A stretch of DNA of 64,000 nucleotides. It comes from Collinsella aerofaciens. GTDB lineage: Bacteria; Actinomycetota; Coriobacteriia; Coriobacteriales; Coriobacteriaceae. Numbering within the stretch: position 1 is the stretch's first letter; each line of letters starts with the position of its first letter. Both the position numbers and the translations under genes were made by a program. The stretch is from assembly GCA_048529485.1 (NCBI GenBank), contig DBGFJU010000042.1:73-64072 (forward strand). The letters are read 5' to 3'. The notes beneath the pieces were generated by a model that saw only the letters and a program-made list of their open reading frames with translations, did not search any database and was not told where the DNA came from. Below, one piece after another: positions 59,275 through 64,000 of this stretch.

Positions 59275-62052
59275 TTACTTCTTCCCGAATTTGATCTTGA
59301 TGGCGCGCTTGAGCGCGTACTTGCCGAGGCTTGGGAGCTTTTGCTCGTATTTGACCATCGTGGAGCACTCGGGGCGGTCGCGATCCAGATGGATGGCGTC
59401 AAACGCGCACTTGGTGGTGCACAGGCCGCAGCCGATACACTTGTTGGGGTCGACGATCGAGGCGCCGCAGCCCAGGCAGCGGGCGGTCTCGGCGCGCACC
59501 TGCTCCTCGGTAAAGGTCTCGACGTACTCGCTAAACGGCGCAGCCTTCTCGCGTTCGCGGTCCACATGCGCAACCTCGCGGCTCGCGTTGTCGTAGCTCT
59601 CGAGCACAACGTCGTTGCGGTCGAGCGCGGTGTAGCGGCGCTGGTTGCGGCCGATGGTGAGCGTGGAGCCCGGCTGCACAAAGCGATGGATGGACACGGC
59701 GGCCTCGTGACCGGCGGCGATGGCATCGATGGCAAAGCTCGGACCGGTATAGACGTCGCCGCCCACAAAGATGTCGGGTTCGGCGGTCTGGTAGGTCTGG
59801 GGATCGGCAAGGGCGCCCTGACCACGGCCAAGCTCCACCTTGGAGCCAGCCAGCAGGTCGCCCCACACAATGGACTGACCGATCGACATGACGACACGGT
59901 CGGCGTCGACACGACGCAGGTCGTTCTCGTCGTACTCGGGCGCAAAACGGCCCTCGTCGTCAAAGACACGCGTGCAGCGCTTGAAGGTGATACCGCACAC
60001 ACGACCGGCCTCGTCCAGGTGAACCTCCTTGGGGCCCCAGCCGCAGCTGATGTGGGCGCCGTCCTCAACGGCCTCGCGACGCTCCTCCTCGCTGGCAGGC
60101 ATCTGGGCCTCGCTCTCTAGGCAGAACATCTCAACGTGCTCGGAACCCAGACGGCAGGCGTTGCGCGCGACGTCGATAGCCACGTTGCCGCCGCCCACCA
60201 CGATAGTGCGGCCGGGCAGCGCATCAATCTTGCCGCTGTTGACCTCGCGAAGGAAGTCGACGGCCACGGTCACGTCCTCGGCACCCTCGCCCGGAATGCC
60301 GGCAAGGCGGCCGCCCTGGCAGCCAATGGCAACGTAGAAGGCCTTAAAGCCCTGCGCGCGCAGCTCGTCGAGCGTCACGTCGCGACCGACTTCCACGCCA
60401 TAGCGGAACTCGGCACCCATCAGGCGAATGATCTCGACCTCGGCCTCGATGACGTCCTTCTGCAGCTTAAAGCTGGGAATGCCGTAGGTGAGCATGCCGC
60501 CCGGGCGCTCGTTCTTCTCGAACACGACAGGCTTGTAGCCCTTCTCGGCCAGGTAGAAAGCGCAGGACAGGCCGGCCGGACCGGCACCGATAATGGCGAT
60601 CTTCTGGTCGAAGCCGCCGGCGCGCGTCGGCGTCACCACGGGCGGGACGTAGCGGGTCGCGGCGTCCAGATCGCGCTGGGCGATGAACTTCTTGACCTCG
60701 TCGATAGCCACGGCGGCGTCCACACGGCCGCGGGTGCAGGCATCCTCACAGCGGCGGTTGCACACACGGCCGCAGATAGCGGGCAGAGGGTTCTCGCGCT
60801 TAATGAGTGCCAGGGCCTCGTCATAGCGACCCTGAGCCGCGAGCTTCAAATAGCCCTGAACGGCAACGTGCGCGGGGCAGGCCGTCTTGCAGGGAGCGGT
60901 GCCGGACTCATGCGTCTCGATGCGGTTGTCGTTGCGGTAGTTGGGCGACCACTTGGTGTGGTCCCACTTGGTGGCATCGGGCAGCTCCTGGCGCGGATAC
61001 TCGGGCACCTGTCCGCCGGCCTTTTTGCTGCAGAGCTTCTGGCCCAGTTTGGCGGCGCCGGCCGGACACACCTCAACGCAGCGACCGCAGGCCACGCACT
61101 TGTCCTTCTCGACCTTGGCGACATAGGCCGAGCGCGACAGGTTGGGCGTGTTGAACAGCTGCGAGGTGCGCAGGGCGTAGCACACGTTAACGTTGCAGTT
61201 GCAGATGGCGAAGATCTTGTTCTCGCCGTCGATATTGGTGATCTGGTGCACAAAGCCGTTGTCCTCGGCCTGGCGCAAGATGTCGTAGACCTCCTCGCGC
61301 GTCACATAATGACCGCGGTCGGTCTCAACCACATAGTCGGCCATATCGCCCACGGCAATGCACCAGTCGGCGGGGTCATCGGCGCAGCCCTCGCCCATCA
61401 CGCGACGGCTCGCGCGGCAGCTGCAGGTGCTGGCGGCATACTTGCCCTCGTATTTGTCGAGCCAGTGCTCGATATGCTCGATCGGCACCGAGGTGCTCGC
61501 GGCATCGATAGCCTTCTCGACCGGAATGACATGCATGCCGATACCTGCGCCTCCGGGCGGCACCATCGGCGTGGCCTTGGACAGCGGTCCCTTGGACGCC
61601 TGCTCAAAGAACTTGGCATAGACCGGGTGCTCCTCGAGCTGGCTCACACGCATGTTGAGGAACTCGGCGGAACCCGGCACCAGCATGGGCAGCACCCACT
61701 GCTTGGCGCGCTCGGGGTTTTCCCAGTTGTACTCGAGCAGGCCCGTGTAGCTCATATCGTCGAGCATCTTCTCGATATCGGCTTCGGGCATGCCGGTGAG
61801 CTTGACCATCTCGGGCAGCGTATAGGGACGGCGCATCTTCATCTTGCAGAGCACTTCGGCCTGCTCGTCAGTCGCGGCCTCGGCAAACGACCAGTACTCG
61901 TAGCCCAGCAGCTCATCGCGATGCAGCAGACGGTTGGTGCAGTGCTCGCACAGCTTGACGATGGCCTCGCGCGGATGCTCCGGCAGCGGCGGCACGAACT
62001 CCGAACCGATGTCGGGCTCGGTATAGCTAATCCCCGGTCCGTTGAGAATCAT
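59275..62052 (-). CDS. Large FAD/NAD(P)-dependent Fe-S oxidoreductase (GltD-like core with extra ferredoxin domains)
   Basis: CVACGRCVEVCP, CKTACP, CGRVCNRRCE, IIGAGPAGLS, GGGNVAID, GGD, CIGCGLCTTKC; ATG 62052. Confidence 0.88.
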   Translation of the reverse strand: MILNGPGISYTEPDIGSEFVPPLPEHPREAIVKLCEHCTNRLLHRDELLGYEYWSFAEAATDEQAEVLCKMKMRRPYTLPEMVKLTGMPEADIEKMLDDMSYTGLLEYNWENPERAKQWVLPMLVPGSAEFLNMRVSQLEEHPVYAKFFEQASKGPLSKATPMVPPGGAGIGMHVIPVEKAIDAASTSVPIEHIEHWLDKYEGKYAASTCSCRASRRVMGEGCADDPADWCIAVGDMADYVVETDRGHYVTREEVYDILRQAEDNGFVHQITNIDGENKIFAICNCNVNVCYALRTSQLFNTPNLSRSAYVAKVEKDKCVACGRCVEVCPAGAAKLGQKLCSKKAGGQVPEYPRQELPDATKWDHTKWSPNYRNDNRIETHESGTAPCKTACPAHVAVQGYLKLAAQGRYDEALALIKRENPLPAICGRVCNRRCEDACTRGRVDAAVAIDEVKKFIAQRDLDAATRYVPPVVTPTRAGGFDQKIAIIGAGPAGLSCAFYLAEKGYKPVVFEKNERPGGMLTYGIPSFKLQKDVIEAEVEIIRLMGAEFRYGVEVGRDVTLDELRAQGFKAFYVAIGCQGGRLAGIPGEGAEDVTVAVDFLREVNSGKIDALPGRTIVVGGGNVAIDVARNACRLGSEHVEMFCLESEAQMPASEEERREAVEDGAHISCGWGPKEVHLDEAGRVCGITFKRCTRVFDDEGRFAPEYDENDLRRVDADRVVMSIGQSIVWGDLLAGSKVELGRGQGALADPQTYQTAEPDIFVGGDVYTGPSFAIDAIAAGHEAAVSIHRFVQPGSTLTIGRNQRRYTALDRNDVVLESYDNASREVAHVDREREKAAPFSEYVETFTEEQVRAETARCLGCGASIVDPNKCIGCGLCTTKCAFDAIHLDRDRPECSTMVKYEQKLPSLGKYALKRAIKIKFGKK

Positions 62053-62145
62053 GGTTGTCCCTTCTCTTGCCACAGCCCGGCGAGACCGCGGCACCCCTCT
62101 TTTTTGCAGGCCGGGCATGCCCCCATGCCGTTCACCCGCCATTAG

Positions 62146-62183
62146 TTGACATTGTGTCAAAAATAGTATTGACGAACCGTCAA
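62146..62183. promoter_or_regulatory. Two palindromic TetR-type operators
   Basis: TTGACA-TTG-TGTCAA (62146-62160) and TTGACG-AAC-CGTCAA (62169-62183) in the divergent promoter region. Confidence 0.7.
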
Positions 62184-62241
62184 CAATATTCAAGACTGTT
62201 AGGCGAACGGTCAGGCAAAAGAGGATGAAAGGCGGCAAAAC

Positions 62242-62904
62242 ATGGGCAACAACACAGCAGATACCTCTGTAGTCAATGCCGTTCCCGCATCCGATAGCGC
62301 GGCAAAGCGCCTGACGGGCGACGAACGCCGTCGCGAGATCCTCGATGCCGTGCGCACCGTAAGCTCCGAGCTGGGCGTGTCCCACCTATCGGTATCGGCC
62401 GTGACCAAGCGAGCCGGCTGCACGCGTTCATTGTTCTACCACTACTTTGCCGATATGGACGCCGCCGTCACCGCCGTCATGGACGAGGCGATCGACGGCT
62501 TTATCTCCGAACTCGAGCAGTGGAACGCCGACCGCACCGTCGGCGATATCGAAGGCGCGCTCGACACCGTCGCCCCGCTCTTTAAGCGCCTAGTCGCCAG
62601 CGGCCACGAGCTGCCGAGTACGCTCACCTCAAGCAGCGGCGCGCTCTACGGCGGCTTTTTGCACAACGTGGTCCAGCGTGTGGCGCAGTATATCTGCGAC
62701 ACCACCGTGGTGGACTTTGTCGCCCATCATGAGCTACGCATCGACCATGTCTACGAAACGTTCTACACCCTCATCATGGGTCTTTTGATGTATATCCGCA
62801 CGCACCCCGATGTGCCCGACGAGACGGTCAAGGAAATCATCGCCTCGACACTCCACATCGAGGGCTATACCGCCAAGTATCCGGAGCGCAAGCCCCAGAA
62901 CTGA
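62242..62904 (+). CDS. TetR/AcrR-family transcriptional regulator
   Basis: RREILDA..SVSAVTKRAGCTRSLFYHYF HTH. Confidence 0.92.
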   Translation: MGNNTADTSVVNAVPASDSAAKRLTGDERRREILDAVRTVSSELGVSHLSVSAVTKRAGCTRSLFYHYFADMDAAVTAVMDEAIDGFISELEQWNADRTVGDIEGALDTVAPLFKRLVASGHELPSTLTSSSGALYGGFLHNVVQRVAQYICDTTVVDFVAHHELRIDHVYETFYTLIMGLLMYIRTHPDVPDETVKEIIASTLHIEGYTAKYPERKPQN

Positions 62905-62967
62905 CGACATTTGGCCAAACTGCCCGCGATCAGAAGAGGGGCCGCGGGCGTGTGAAAGGAGAGCAGC

Positions 62968-63975
62968 ATGCTGTTCGATGTTTGGGGTAGCGATACCCTT
63001 ATCCACTGGGCCGGCTGGGCCATAGTCTTTATTGGCCTGATCGTGCTCAACGAGGTCGGCCGCCGCACCAAGCTGGGCGCGGCAATCATCTTTGGCGTGG
63101 CTCCGCTGGCCATGACCATCTACTGCGCCGCCATCGCCATCGGCGTCTCGCAGGGTGCCGAGTGGGCGCTCACCAACCCCACCCATGTGTACCAGAACAG
63201 CTGGTTCCACTACGCCAAGGTATACGCGGCGCTGGCCGGCTGCTGGGGCTTCATTGCCATTAAGTACCAGTGGGGCAAGATCGGCAAGGCACATTGGTTC
63301 CGCGCATGGCCGTTTGTGATCGTCGCCATCAACATCATGATTGCTGTCGTGTCCGACTTTGAGAGCGCCTATCACTTCTTTGTCCTGGGCGAGTCCACCT
63401 GGGTCACCTCCGAAGGTGCTACGCAGCTGGCCGGCTGGAACAACGTGTTCAACGGCATTGCCGGTATCATCAACATCTTCTGCATGACCGGTTGGTGGAG
63501 CGTCTACGCCTCCGAGGATCAGACCGACATGCTGTGGCCCGACATGACCTGGGTCTACATCATCGCCTACGATATCTGGAACTTCTGCTACACCTACAAC
63601 TGCCTGCCCACCCACTCCTGGTTCTGCGGCTTTGCGCTGCTGCTGGCGCCCACCGTCGCCGCCTTTATCTGGAACAAGGGCGGCTGGATCCAGAACCGCG
63701 CCTTTACGCTGGCCATTTGGTGCATGTTTGCCCAAGTGTTCCCGTACTTCCAGGAGGAGTCCATCTTTGTGACCCACTCCACGCTCGACCCCGGCGCCGC
63801 TACCGCGGTCTCGATTGCCGCGCTGATCGCCAACGTCGCCGCGATCATCTACATCGCCTACCGCGCCAAGAAGCTCGGTCGCAATCCCTACAAGCAGGAT
63901 GTCTTTGAGGGCACCAGCGATTGGGAGAAGGCTACCGCTCGCCGCGCCAAGGTTGATTACGCGCACGCCGAGTAA
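62968..63975 (+). CDS. DUF5692-like polytopic membrane protein
   Basis: WFHYAKVY, INI..AV..DFE, DMLWPDM, AYDIWNF.YTYNC, WIQNRA.TL; family recalled from memory. Confidence 0.7.
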   Translation: MLFDVWGSDTLIHWAGWAIVFIGLIVLNEVGRRTKLGAAIIFGVAPLAMTIYCAAIAIGVSQGAEWALTNPTHVYQNSWFHYAKVYAALAGCWGFIAIKYQWGKIGKAHWFRAWPFVIVAINIMIAVVSDFESAYHFFVLGESTWVTSEGATQLAGWNNVFNGIAGIINIFCMTGWWSVYASEDQTDMLWPDMTWVYIIAYDIWNFCYTYNCLPTHSWFCGFALLLAPTVAAFIWNKGGWIQNRAFTLAIWCMFAQVFPYFQEESIFVTHSTLDPGAATAVSIAALIANVAAIIYIAYRAKKLGRNPYKQDVFEGTSDWEKATARRAKVDYAHAE

Positions 63976-64000
63976 CGCGTTTATTCCGTCCACATTTGGA

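Overview
High-GC actinobacterial chromosome segment. Gene content and order (nifJ, dnaX-ybaB-recR, fhaA-fhaB-pstP-rodA/pbpA-pknB, mannose PTS) suggest Coriobacteriia, probably Collinsella-like; this is inference. Core genes are interrupted by two accessory islands. (1) A visibly lower-GC island of about 6.3 kb (about 19250-25550) is bracketed by two diverged copies of an FHA-gene 3' end. It encodes a candidate new ranthipeptide-type RiPP system: a radical SAM/SPASM maturase, two paralogous Cys/Asp-rich precursor peptides sharing an MKHIHP leader (the 59-aa second one is missing from the ORF track), a 35-aa membrane microprotein, a peptidase-less ABC exporter, a decayed SAM methyltransferase and an IS110-like relic. 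(2) An integrase-less islet of about 3.1 kb lies between 112-bp direct repeats at tRNA-Arg(CCT). It carries an EcoRII-like restriction endonuclease and an HTH-fused C5 methyltransferase. Also present: two paralogous LytS/LytTR systems, a rare-sugar PTS/isomerase cluster with repeated LacI-type operators, a second Ser/Thr kinase-FHA module, and a TetR/DUF5692-like/Fe-S flavoprotein/HypA module. All family assignments come from motif recognition by eye; no database searches were run.
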